Shown here: in pieces, positions 39,198-47,829 of the stretch | Numbering within the stretch: the first letter of the stretch is position 1 | Layout: every line of letters starts with the position of its first letter | NCBI GenBank assembly: GCA_003140595.1 | Contig: PLKG01000095.1 | Coordinates: 5,694 to 69,693 of the forward strand | DNA length: 64,000 nucleotides | DNA from: Acidimicrobiaceae bacterium | Lineage (GTDB): Bacteria; Actinomycetota; Acidimicrobiia; Acidimicrobiales; Bog-793 | Reading direction: 5' to 3' | Notes under the pieces: generated by a model | The model's input: only the letters and a program-made list of their open reading frames with translations | Database searches by the model: none | Told to the model about the DNA's origin: nothing | Translations under genes and position numbers: made by a program

Positions 39198-40310
39198 ATG
39201 AGCGAACAAGCGCGGCGGTGGGCGTCGACCATGAGCGGTCACCTTATAGACGACCCCCGCCTTCGGACGGCACACCACCCGGCGGTACCTCTAGGGGGAT
39301 CGTTGGGGGTCCTCGACCGCGAGGCACGCGAGGCAGAGGAGGAGTGGTTGTTGGCGCCGGGAGCGACGCGCTCGGTCGGGGCCGGCAACCGTGCACGCGA
39401 GGAGCAAGGCGATCCGTGGCGGACCTGTTTCGAGCGCGATCGGGACCGGATCCTGCACTCGACGGCGTTTCGGCGTTTGGCCGGCAAGACCCAGGTCTTC
39501 ATCTTCCCGGCCGATCATCAGCGGACCCGGCTGACTCATGCCCTCGAAGTCGTGCAGATAGCGAATGCGATCGCGCGTGCGTGCCGTTTGAACGTCGCGC
39601 TCACAGAGGCCATAGCACTAGGTCACGACTGCGGCCACGGTCCTGGGGGACACGCCAGTGAGGAGGCGTTGTCACCGTTCCTGCCGGAGGGATTCGATCA
39701 TGCGGTTTGGGGCGCGGATGTCACCGCGGCGCCGCTCAACTTGTGTGCCGAGACCTTGGACGGGATCCGGAACCATTCCTGGTCGCGGCCGTCGCCCGCC
39801 ACGCCCGAAGGGGAGGTCGTCGCGCTCGCCGACCGGATCGCCTACTGCGCCCATGACCTCGAGGACGCTGTCCACGCTCAGATCGTGACCAGCGATGAGC
39901 TTCCACCGCTCGTCGCCGAGCACTGCGGCACATCGAGGGGGAGCCAACTCGACGCCTTCGTGACCGACGCTGTCGCAACGACGCTGTCCTCGGGCATGGT
40001 CGGGATCAGCGAAACGATGGGCGAGGCGCTCGAGTCCTTGCGACGGTTCAATTACGAGCGTATCTACCTCCGTGAGGCCTCGGTCGACCAGTCGTCGGCG
40101 GTCGTCGACTTGCTGCGGGCCCTCGTCGATCACTACGTCAAGCACCCGTCGGCGCTTCCGATGCGAGCCGAGCTCGCGCCAGGCGATGAAGAGACGGTTC
40201 GCGCCGCGGTCGGATACGTGAGCGGGATGACAGATCGGTTTGCCTGCACAAAAGCTAACGAGCTTCTCGGATGGTTGCTCCCGCCCTGGTGGGAGCCACG
40301 AATCCCTTAG
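39198..40310 (+). CDS. dgt: Short HD-domain dGTP triphosphohydrolase-like protein
   Basis: FERDRDRILHS.AFRRLAGKTQVF, RTRLTH, GHDCGH, YVSGMTDRFA. Confidence 0.9.
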   Translation: MSEQARRWASTMSGHLIDDPRLRTAHHPAVPLGGSLGVLDREAREAEEEWLLAPGATRSVGAGNRAREEQGDPWRTCFERDRDRILHSTAFRRLAGKTQVFIFPADHQRTRLTHALEVVQIANAIARACRLNVALTEAIALGHDCGHGPGGHASEEALSPFLPEGFDHAVWGADVTAAPLNLCAETLDGIRNHSWSRPSPATPEGEVVALADRIAYCAHDLEDAVHAQIVTSDELPPLVAEHCGTSRGSQLDAFVTDAVATTLSSGMVGISETMGEALESLRRFNYERIYLREASVDQSSAVVDLLRALVDHYVKHPSALPMRAELAPGDEETVRAAVGYVSGMTDRFACTKANELLGWLLPPWWEPRIP

Positions 40311-40464
40311 AAGTGCAGGGAGGAAACTCGGCACCGTCCAGAATGTGTCGAGGCGATCCAGGATTTGCAACCAGTTGATGCCGACGAAAGAACCGCTCGG
40401 AGCAACGCCGACTTTGCATCCTGCCCGGAGCATGAAGGTAAGTGTCAAGCCGCCATCGGGCTGG

Positions 40465-40896
40465 CTAGGTCCCGGAGCCGGCCTTCCGAGCTTCATAGGC
40501 TCGCTGGCGACAGGAGCGGGTGCACTTGAACCCACAGACGCCGGTGCGCTTGTTCTGCCACTGCGTCATGGGCTTGCCGCAACGGGGGCAGTTCGGGTTG
40601 TGGTCTCTCGTCACAGTGACAAGTTGCCCTAGTTGAGCTAAGAGGCGCCGCACACGGGTCATGACCGGTTCGAGTCCCTCGATGTCGAACTCGACGTTCT
40701 CGGCAGCGAACACGGTATCCCAGTCGATCGCTAGTCGAGGGTCGGTCAAGGAACAATCGATGACGCGCAGCGCGCGAGCGATGTCGTTCACCTTGTCGAC
40801 CTGGAGCAGTGCCACGAGACGGTCGTGGTCTTCGGGCGTGGCGTCACCTGCGTCGATCTTCTGCGACAGCGCCATTATTTCGTCGTCGCTTGTCAC
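40465..40896 (-). CDS. Hypothetical protein with a C-terminal Cys4 zinc-finger-like basic motif
   Basis: CPRCGKP...CTRSCRQRAYEARK; start uncertain (GTG 40947, GTG 40896 or ATG 40875). Confidence 0.6.
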   Translation of the reverse strand: MTSDDEIMALSQKIDAGDATPEDHDRLVALLQVDKVNDIARALRVIDCSLTDPRLAIDWDTVFAAENVEFDIEGLEPVMTRVRRLLAQLGQLVTVTRDHNPNCPRCGKPMTQWQNKRTGVCGFKCTRSCRQRAYEARKAGSGT

Positions 40897-40904
40897 AGTG
40901 ACAA
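40608..40904. repeat. Two copies of a 15-bp palindromic motif
   Basis: TCGTCACAGTGACAA at 40608-40622 and TTGTCACAGTGACAA at 40890-40904. Confidence 0.85.
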
Positions 40905-41223
40905 CCTTAGAGTCTGGGCTCGTACCAGGCGAACAGGCCAACTTCACCGGGCGCCGTCTCCACCTCGACCTTGTAAGGACGCTGCTTCATGTACTGCGCC
41001 CAGCCCGCGAGTGTCCTTGAGAGTGCAGCCGGTCCTTCGGCGCTGTGTCTGGGCTCCTGGCGCAGGCAGGCTCATGTTCGCCGGCACGGCACATCCGCGT
41101 CGCGCGAGACGGCGGATGCGTCGGGTGCCCGGACCCGGTCCGCGCGGAGCCAGCACCGGGGCGTTGTGAACCGCGACGGCTGGCTCGTCCCCTACGATGA
41201 CTCGGGAAGCGGAAGGAGCACTC

Positions 41224-41460
41224 GTGGACGTGCGCATCGGGATCATCCATTCATTGAAGGAGCTGGACATCGAGCTCCCCGAGGGCACTACGCACGCCGA
41301 TGTCGTCGCGGACGTCGACAAGATCCTTGCCCAGCCCGACGGCGTGCTCTGGTTCACCGACAAGCGAGGCCGTCGCGTGGGAGTGCCGTCCGCAAAGGTC
41401 GCCTACATCGAGATCGGCGGCGGGGGCGAGGACCGGCGCGTCGGCTTCGGAACCAACTGA
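41224..41460 (+). CDS. DUF3107 family protein
   Basis: MDVRIGI...LWFTDKRGRRVGVPSAKVAYIEIG...RRVGF; SD AAGGAG. Confidence 0.88.
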   Translation: MDVRIGIIHSLKELDIELPEGTTHADVVADVDKILAQPDGVLWFTDKRGRRVGVPSAKVAYIEIGGGGEDRRVGFGTN

Positions 41461-41472
41461 CGCCCGAGCTCG

Positions 41473-42429
41473 GTGCCCGAGCTCCTCGCCTACCAGCTGC
41501 TCTTTGTCACCGGTAAAGGCGGCGTAGGCAAGACCACTGTTGCGGCCGCGATCGCCCTGTTGGCGAGCGAGCAGGGTCGCCGCACTCTCGTCTGCGAGGC
41601 CGAGCCGAAAGGTGACCTGGCCCGCGCCTACGAGTGTGGCCCGACCCCCTTCAGCGGGCGGCGCATCAGCGACGACCTGGTGGCGATGTCCATGGACACC
41701 GAGGCGTCGCTGCGTGAGTACCTGCGGGTAGTCGCGAAGGTACCCAAGATGGGACATATCGGCCCGGTTGCCCGGGCCTTCGACTTCGTGGCGACCGCCG
41801 CGCCGGGGATCAGGGAGATCCTGACGGTCGGAAAGCTTTGTTTCGAGATCCGGGCCGGCCGGTACGACCTCGTCGTTGTCGACGCCTCCTCGACAGGCAA
41901 CGTCGTCGGACAGCTGGCGGCGCCGAGCGGTATCAACGAGCTGATCCGGGTGGGGGTCGTTCGTTCCCAGACCGACTGGATACTGGAGATACTCGGCGAC
42001 CCGGCCCGCACCGGGGCCGTGCTTGTCACCACGCCCGAGGAGATGCCCGTAACAGAGGCCGTGGACCTCGCCGCCCGCCTCGCCGCCGAAACGCCGGTTC
42101 ATCTTGCCTGTGTAGTGGCGAACCGCGTCCTGCCCGAGCTCTTCGGCCGCTCCGAGGAGCTTGTCTTCAACGAGCTCACCCGCGCCGCGACGCTCGACTT
42201 TGTGGCCCGCAATCTCCAGACGTCGCGCGAGCTGGTCGAAGACGTGCTCGCAGCAGCCAGGCTCGCAGTCACGGTCCGGCGCGACGGTGTCGCCCATCTG
42301 GAGCGACTGCGCGCCGGGATCGCGTCGGACGTGCCGCTGTTGTACCTGCCATACCTGTTCGCGCGCGCACACGGGCTTCGTGCAATTCGCCAGGTTGCCC
42401 ATGCGTTGTCGGAAGAGCTCGTGACGTGA
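41473..42429 (+). CDS. ArsA/Get3-like ATPase (Rv3679-like)
   Basis: VTGKGGVGKTT, APGIREILTVGK, TPEEMPVTE. Confidence 0.88.
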   Translation: MPELLAYQLLFVTGKGGVGKTTVAAAIALLASEQGRRTLVCEAEPKGDLARAYECGPTPFSGRRISDDLVAMSMDTEASLREYLRVVAKVPKMGHIGPVARAFDFVATAAPGIREILTVGKLCFEIRAGRYDLVVVDASSTGNVVGQLAAPSGINELIRVGVVRSQTDWILEILGDPARTGAVLVTTPEEMPVTEAVDLAARLAAETPVHLACVVANRVLPELFGRSEELVFNELTRAATLDFVARNLQTSRELVEDVLAAARLAVTVRRDGVAHLERLRAGIASDVPLLYLPYLFARAHGLRAIRQVAHALSEELVT

Positions 42430-43859
42430 GCCGGTCCGAGCGCGATATCGGCTCAGATGCCCGGAGTCGTCCGATTCCCGGGCGGGCTGGGCCATCGCCT
42501 GAACTGGAGCAGACGCGTCATCTGGAACAACTCCTGTCGGCCAAGGAGGTCGTCGTCGTATGCGGGCCAGGCGGCGTCGGAAAGACGACTATCGCGGCTT
42601 CGCTCGCCGCCACGGCTGCGGCCCGGCTCGGTGGCCGGGTGCTTGTTCTCACTGTCGATCCGGCGCGTCGCCTTGCGGACGCGCTCGGGGTCGGGGGGTT
42701 GGGAAACGTGGCCCGCCGGGTACCCGACGATGCCTTCGCCGCCGCAGGCGTGCGCCCGAGAGGCGAGCTGTACGCGGCCATGCTCGACATGAGCGAGTCG
42801 TGGGACGCGCTTGTCCGCCGGCATGCGCCAGATGCCGCGACTGCCCAGGAGATCCTTGCAAACCCGCTTTACCGCAACATCACGAGGCGCTTTGCGCAGG
42901 GCCACGACTACATCGCCATGGAGCGTTTGTTCGAGCTTCACGAAGATGGTGAGTACGACCTCCTCGTCGTCGACACGCCGCCTTCGCTCAACGCGCTCGA
43001 CCTCCTCGACGCACCAGGGCGCATGGCCGAGTTCTTCTCGTCGAGACTGCTTCGGTGGCTCATCGTGCCCTACCGCTCCCGGCTCGTGAACTTCGCCTCC
43101 CGGCCCTTCTACCAGGTTGCGGATCGCATCCTGGGCAGTCAATTCCTGGAGGACCTCGCTGGTTTCTTCATTCTCTTCCAAACCATGCGGGACGGCTTCG
43201 TTGCCCGCGCCGAGGCCGTGAACCGACTAATCCGGGATGTGCGCACGACCTTCGTGGTCGTGACGACGCTCGAGGCCACCCCGGCGGTGGATGCCGAACA
43301 GCTCATCGAGAGCCTTCGGGAACGCCACTTGCATCTCGGCCTGCTCGTCTGCAACAAGGTCCTGCCGGCGTCCTTCTCGGACCCGCCCGTCGGGCGAACC
43401 GCCGAGCTCTTGGGCGAGCGCGCATTCGAGCTGGCGAGCGTTCTCGTGGACCGCTTGCCGTCGGACCCGGAGACCGCGGGTCGTCCTTCGGGCGAGATGG
43501 TCGGCCGTGTGCTCGCGGAAGTGGCTCGTAGCTTCGCCAACTTCCGGCTCGTGGCGACACGCGAGGCGGAGTTGTTGCACGAGTTCTCCGCCTCCCACGA
43601 GGTGACCGCCACGGTTCCCTACCACCCGGGACACGTCACTGACTTGCACGGTCTCTTGGACGTGGGAGCCAAGGTCTGGGGCGACGAGGTTGCTGTGGCC
43701 AGCGGTGGAGCAGCATCGCGCGCCGTTAGTCGCAGCCGCAGCAGCCATGGTTCGGGTCGCGGCTCGAAGTCGGGTACCTCGATGGTGCGCGACACCGCAG
43801 CGTCGGTAGAGGTCGGCAAGACTCCTTTGAAGGAGCCTGGATCCGATGCCGGTTCTTGA
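42426..43859 (+). CDS. ArsA/Get3-like ATPase (Rv3680-like)
   Basis: CGPGGVGKTT, TVDPARRLADALG, YIAMERL, VVDTPP; GTGA overlap with the upstream gene. Confidence 0.88.
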   Translation: MSRSERDIGSDARSRPIPGRAGPSPELEQTRHLEQLLSAKEVVVVCGPGGVGKTTIAASLAATAAARLGGRVLVLTVDPARRLADALGVGGLGNVARRVPDDAFAAAGVRPRGELYAAMLDMSESWDALVRRHAPDAATAQEILANPLYRNITRRFAQGHDYIAMERLFELHEDGEYDLLVVDTPPSLNALDLLDAPGRMAEFFSSRLLRWLIVPYRSRLVNFASRPFYQVADRILGSQFLEDLAGFFILFQTMRDGFVARAEAVNRLIRDVRTTFVVVTTLEATPAVDAEQLIESLRERHLHLGLLVCNKVLPASFSDPPVGRTAELLGERAFELASVLVDRLPSDPETAGRPSGEMVGRVLAEVARSFANFRLVATREAELLHEFSASHEVTATVPYHPGHVTDLHGLLDVGAKVWGDEVAVASGGAASRAVSRSRSSHGSGRGSKSGTSMVRDTAASVEVGKTPLKEPGSDAGS

Positions 43860-44043
43860 CGGTCTTCACCGGTCGCGACGGGCGCGCCATGATCTTTCTT
43901 TGGAACCGGCCGGCACGCCGGGACATCACTGGCTCAAAAAGAGGACGGAGTACATCGATGCCTGAGATCGCCCCGCACAGGCCGGGCCAGGTGGGACCGG
44001 GTCGGTGCCCATGGATCTCTGCGAGCCGGGCTGACCGAGTCCG

Positions 44044-45684
44044 ATGAACCCTTCTCTCGTTCCACTTCCGGTCAAGATCGTGCCGGCGCCCGACCTTATC
44101 CGCCGCTACACGGCCCTGGAAGGCCCCGAGCGTCGCCATCTGGAGAGCCTGATGGCCTTCTGGAGCCTTCTCGCCGATTTCTCGTTCTCCGACCTGTTGC
44201 TGTTCGCGCCGGTCACCGGTGATAGGGGCGAAGGAGACCAGGCGCAGGGCGAGCCGGGTTCGTCTGAGGCCTTCGGGCCCGAGCGCCCGGGCGAGTTCGT
44301 CGTCCTCGGACAGATACGGCCAACGACGAGCCAGACCCTCTATGAAGTCGACCTCGTCGGGCAGGTCCAGTCGGCCGAGAGCTTGCCCAACCTGGTGGAG
44401 GCCTATCGGTCCGGCGTGATCGTCCGCGGAGAGCAGCCGGGCGAGTCCTCCGACGCGCTGGTGCGCGTGACGAACATCCCCGTGGGCTACTGCGACAAGG
44501 TCCTCGCAGTGCTCTGTCGCATCTGGTCGCCACGGACCACCCGGCGCCGGGGAACCCTGGAACGGGTCTACCTGGATCTGTTCGAGCGGCTGTCAGTCAT
44601 GGTCAGAGACGGCCTGTTTCCTTTCGTGGCAGACGACGCCGCGGTCGAGGAGGCGCCCCGGGTGGGCGACGGGGTGATCGTCGTCGACGCCTTTGAGCGC
44701 ATCACCTACGCTTCACCGAACGCGGTCAACGCACTGCACCGTGCCTCGATAACCTCGTCGATAGTCGGCTCGAGCCTGGTTTTGCTCGGCCTCGAGACCT
44801 CGGTGCTCAACGATGCCTTCTCGAGCAAGCTTCCCGCGATCGAAGAAGTCGAGCGGCCTCCCGACGTCATCTTGATGATCCGGTGCATTCCGCTCATCGC
44901 CAGGGGCGAGTTGACAGGCGCAGCGCTCCTGCTCCGTGACGTGACGGACTTGCGTCGCAGGGACCGTCTGCTCCTGACCAAGGACGCGACCATTCGTGAG
45001 GTCCACCATCGCGTGAAGAACAACCTCCAGACGATCTCGTCACTGCTCCGGCTCCAAGCGCGACGCTTGGACGAGGCTGAGGTGGTGGGCCGAATCGCCT
45101 TGCTCGAAGCCGAGCGCCGGATCCGGGCTATCGCGCTGGTTCACGACATCTTGGCCCGCGACGTGACCGAGCAGGTGCCCTTCGAAGAGATCGTCTCGGC
45201 GCTCGTCAACATGATCCGCGAGACGAGCACGATCTCGTTCCCGGTGACGATCGAGGTCGACGGGGGGCTCGGAGACGTTGCCGCCGAGGTGGCGACCCCG
45301 CTCGCGGTCGCGATCGCGGAGCTGCTTCAGAATGCGGTGGAGCATGCATTCCCCGAGCCTTTGTATGCGGGCGGCTCACAAACCTGGGCTCCCGGGCCGG
45401 GACCCCTAACGCCGAGCCAGGTGGCGGGGGACTTGCAAACGGCCTCGGTACTCGACGCACGTGTCGACCTCGTGCTTGACGAGCGGCCCGATGCCTTGGG
45501 GGTTGTGGTCAGGGACAACGGATGTGGGTTGCCCGCGGGATTCGACATAGACCGCACACGCAGTCTCGGGTTGTCGATTGTCCGTGACCTCGTCAGAAGT
45601 CAGCTGGGCGGCACGATAAGTATGGAAACCGACGGCGGAACCGTCGTCAGCCTAGAGATACCGGTGAGTCGTCGAGCGAGCTAG
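44044..45684 (+). CDS. pdtaS: Soluble sensor histidine kinase, PdtaS-like (GAF/PAS, HisKA_2)
   Basis: WSLLADFSFSDLLL, QIRPTT, REVHHRVKNNLQTISSLLRLQ, ELLQNAVEH; start may be GTG 44080. Confidence 0.9.
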   Translation: MNPSLVPLPVKIVPAPDLIRRYTALEGPERRHLESLMAFWSLLADFSFSDLLLFAPVTGDRGEGDQAQGEPGSSEAFGPERPGEFVVLGQIRPTTSQTLYEVDLVGQVQSAESLPNLVEAYRSGVIVRGEQPGESSDALVRVTNIPVGYCDKVLAVLCRIWSPRTTRRRGTLERVYLDLFERLSVMVRDGLFPFVADDAAVEEAPRVGDGVIVVDAFERITYASPNAVNALHRASITSSIVGSSLVLLGLETSVLNDAFSSKLPAIEEVERPPDVILMIRCIPLIARGELTGAALLLRDVTDLRRRDRLLLTKDATIREVHHRVKNNLQTISSLLRLQARRLDEAEVVGRIALLEAERRIRAIALVHDILARDVTEQVPFEEIVSALVNMIRETSTISFPVTIEVDGGLGDVAAEVATPLAVAIAELLQNAVEHAFPEPLYAGGSQTWAPGPGPLTPSQVAGDLQTASVLDARVDLVLDERPDALGVVVRDNGCGLPAGFDIDRTRSLGLSIVRDLVRSQLGGTISMETDGGTVVSLEIPVSRRAS

Positions 45685-45695
45685 GAGACAGCGGC

Positions 45696-45989
45696 TCAAC
45701 AAGCGCGGCGGCGCTGGGCGGCCAGCCACGCCTTGCGGAGCTTGCGGCGCTCGTCCTCGGAGGTGGCGCCCCAGACACCCGATTCCTGATTTGTGGCGAG
45801 AGCGAACTCGAGACAGGCCTCCCGGGCCTCACACGAGAAACAGACGGCTTTGGCCGCGTCGATCTGCTCAATCGCTTGACCTGTCGTCCCGATTGGAAAG
45901 AACAGGTCGGGGTCAGTGTCTCGACATTCGGCGACCTTGCGCCAATCGTCGCTGTCCCACTCGCTCGAGCGGGTCCAGGTCAGAGCCAC
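45696..45989 (-). CDS. whiB1: WhiB1/WblE Fe-S transcription factor
   Basis: CRDTDPDLFFPIGTTG, AKAVCFSC..REACL, GVWG; SD AGAGGAGG; convergent with pdtaS. Confidence 0.92.
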   Translation of the reverse strand: MALTWTRSSEWDSDDWRKVAECRDTDPDLFFPIGTTGQAIEQIDAAKAVCFSCEAREACLEFALATNQESGVWGATSEDERRKLRKAWLAAQRRRAC

Positions 45990-46045
45990 GCTGCCTCCTC
46001 TGGGCTTGGAAGCGCGGACAATGTTCATGGCCGTCCAAGCGCGTC

Positions 46046-46061
46046 CGTGAACAGGTTCACA
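46046..46061. promoter_or_regulatory. CRP-family site 2 in the whiB1 leader
   Basis: CGTGA-ACAGGT-TCACA. Confidence 0.65.
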
Positions 46062-46143
46062 AAACTTTGCATCCAGCAACCAAACCGATACTGCGGGCTG
46101 GACGCCGGCGAAGAGGCGGTCGATTACCGGGCTGCGATACCTA

Positions 46144-46172
46144 ATCTTACGGGAGCGTTCACCATCATGCAA
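46144..46172 (-). promoter_or_regulatory. Housekeeping-sigma promoter for whiB1
   Basis: TTGCAT-N17-TAAGAT on the minus strand. Confidence 0.7.
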
Positions 46173-46175
46173 GCA

Positions 46176-46191
46176 TGTGATCACGATCACA
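46176..46191. promoter_or_regulatory. CRP-family site 1
   Basis: Perfect TGTGA-N6-TCACA, 3 nt upstream of the -35. Confidence 0.75.
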
Positions 46192-46264
46192 ATCTGGGAA
46201 TAATCGATTACCGTCGCTGCGACCGCTCCTGCCAGGGCGGCCACACTCGGGGAGGAAGCGTGCT

Positions 46265-46987
46265 GTGACCGAGATCTACGCCCACCGTGGATCGGCTCAA
46301 CTGGCCAGGGAGAACACCGTCGCGGCCTTCCTCGCCGCCAGGGAGCTTGGCGCGGACGGGATCGAGCTTGACGTTCACCTCACCGCCGACGGCAAGGTCG
46401 TGGTCCACCATGACGGCGAGGTGCCGGGGCTGGGCCCGTTCGGCCGCCTCGTGTCGGCCGAGCTGCCCGAGTGGCTTCCATCCCTCGCCCAGGCACTCGA
46501 TGCCTGCTCGCCACTCAAGGTCAACGTCGAGGTCAAAAAGGACGACATCGACGGTGGATCTGAGCGCGACGCGTCGCTCGCGTTCGAGGTGGCAAGACTT
46601 CTGGCGGCCCGTAGGGAGCTCTCTCGGATCGTGGTCTCATCCTTCTCCCTCGAAGCGATAGACGCCGTGCGCGGCTTCGAGCCGAGTCTCGAGACTGCAC
46701 TTCTCATCGATGTCGACCAGGATCCGATGGCGGGGCTGGCGACGGCGCGCGAGCACGGACACGGCGGCCTGCACCCGTTCTTCGTCTCGGTGGACGCGGC
46801 ATTGATGAAAGCTGCCGTTGACAGCGCCATGGCGATCAGGACCTGGACCGTGGACGACCCGGCCTCCATCGTCTCGCTCGCCGAGCTGGGCGTCCACGCT
46901 GTTATCACCAACGACGTGGCGGCGGCCCGTCGATCGCTCGGGCGGTCCGATCTGTCGGGCGGAGCGCCGCCCGCAAGCCCCGGCTGA
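46265..46987 (+). CDS. Glycerophosphodiester phosphodiesterase
   Basis: YAHRG, ENT, IELDVH, VHHD, NVEVK, WTVDD. Confidence 0.93.
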   Translation: MTEIYAHRGSAQLARENTVAAFLAARELGADGIELDVHLTADGKVVVHHDGEVPGLGPFGRLVSAELPEWLPSLAQALDACSPLKVNVEVKKDDIDGGSERDASLAFEVARLLAARRELSRIVVSSFSLEAIDAVRGFEPSLETALLIDVDQDPMAGLATAREHGHGGLHPFFVSVDAALMKAAVDSAMAIRTWTVDDPASIVSLAELGVHAVITNDVAAARRSLGRSDLSGGAPPASPG

Positions 46988-47040
46988 CCATTCCCGCCTC
47001 CAGGCTGGCCGCGGGGCCGCGAGTCGTGGAGAATCGCTGT

Positions 47041-47817
47041 GTGAACGTTGCTGTCTGTGTGAAGCAGATTCCCGACTCAGAGCCTCCCGCGCTCGACCCG
47101 CAGCATCACACCCTCGTACGTGACGGCAAGCTCGTAATGGACGAGTCGGACAGCTTCGGGGTGGAGATGGGCCTCCAGCTCGTCGAAGCAGCCGGTGGCG
47201 GTGAAGTCGTGCTGGTCTCGATGGCTCCGTGCGGCGAGACGCGCGGGCTTCGCACGGCGCTTGCGACCGGAGCCGCGAAGGCCATCTTGGTGTCCGATCC
47301 CGTGCTCGCCGGATCGGACGCCCTCGGGACCGCGAAGGTCCTGGCGGCGGTGATCCGCCGGCTGGGCCCGGACCTGGTGCTCGCAGGAACCGAGTCCACC
47401 GACGGCTACACGGGCACGACTCCTGTACAGGTCGCGGAGTTGCTGGGCTGGCCCTCGGTCAGCTTCGCGAGGCACGTCGAGATCTCCCATCGCGCGCTGC
47501 GGGTCAAGCGCCAGACCGAAACAGGATACGAGGAGGTCACCTGCCCTCTTCCGGCCGTCGTGACGGTCACCGCCGGTGTCGTCGAGCCGCGCTATCCCTC
47601 CTTTAAGGGGCTCGCGGCGGCAAAGTCGAAACCGGTCGAGGAGCTGACGGTGGTGGAGCTGGGGCTGGACCCGTCGCAAGTCGGTTTTTCCGGTGCCCGC
47701 CAGCAGGTGATCTCGGTAAGGGCTGTCAAAGCGCGCGAGGCGGGCGAGATCGTCGTCGATGCAGGTGAAGCTCATGAGCGCGTGATCAGCTTCCTCGAGC
47801 AGCTCAAGATCTTGTAG
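47041..47817 (+). CDS. etfB: Electron transfer flavoprotein beta subunit
   Basis: VCVKQIPD, GSDALGTA, EPRYPS. Confidence 0.93.
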   Translation: MNVAVCVKQIPDSEPPALDPQHHTLVRDGKLVMDESDSFGVEMGLQLVEAAGGGEVVLVSMAPCGETRGLRTALATGAAKAILVSDPVLAGSDALGTAKVLAAVIRRLGPDLVLAGTESTDGYTGTTPVQVAELLGWPSVSFARHVEISHRALRVKRQTETGYEEVTCPLPAVVTVTAGVVEPRYPSFKGLAAAKSKPVEELTVVELGLDPSQVGFSGARQQVISVRAVKAREAGEIVVDAGEAHERVISFLEQLKIL

Positions 47818-47829
47818 GGCGGGCCACCG

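Noticed and set aside
41838..42425. 673-aa version of the second ArsA-like ATPase
   Set aside because: The extension overlaps the first ATPase out of frame; GTG 42426 with a GTGA overlap fits better
45990..46244. 182-aa extended WhiB
   Set aside because: The extension spans the promoter and CRP sites; a strong SD precedes GTG 45989
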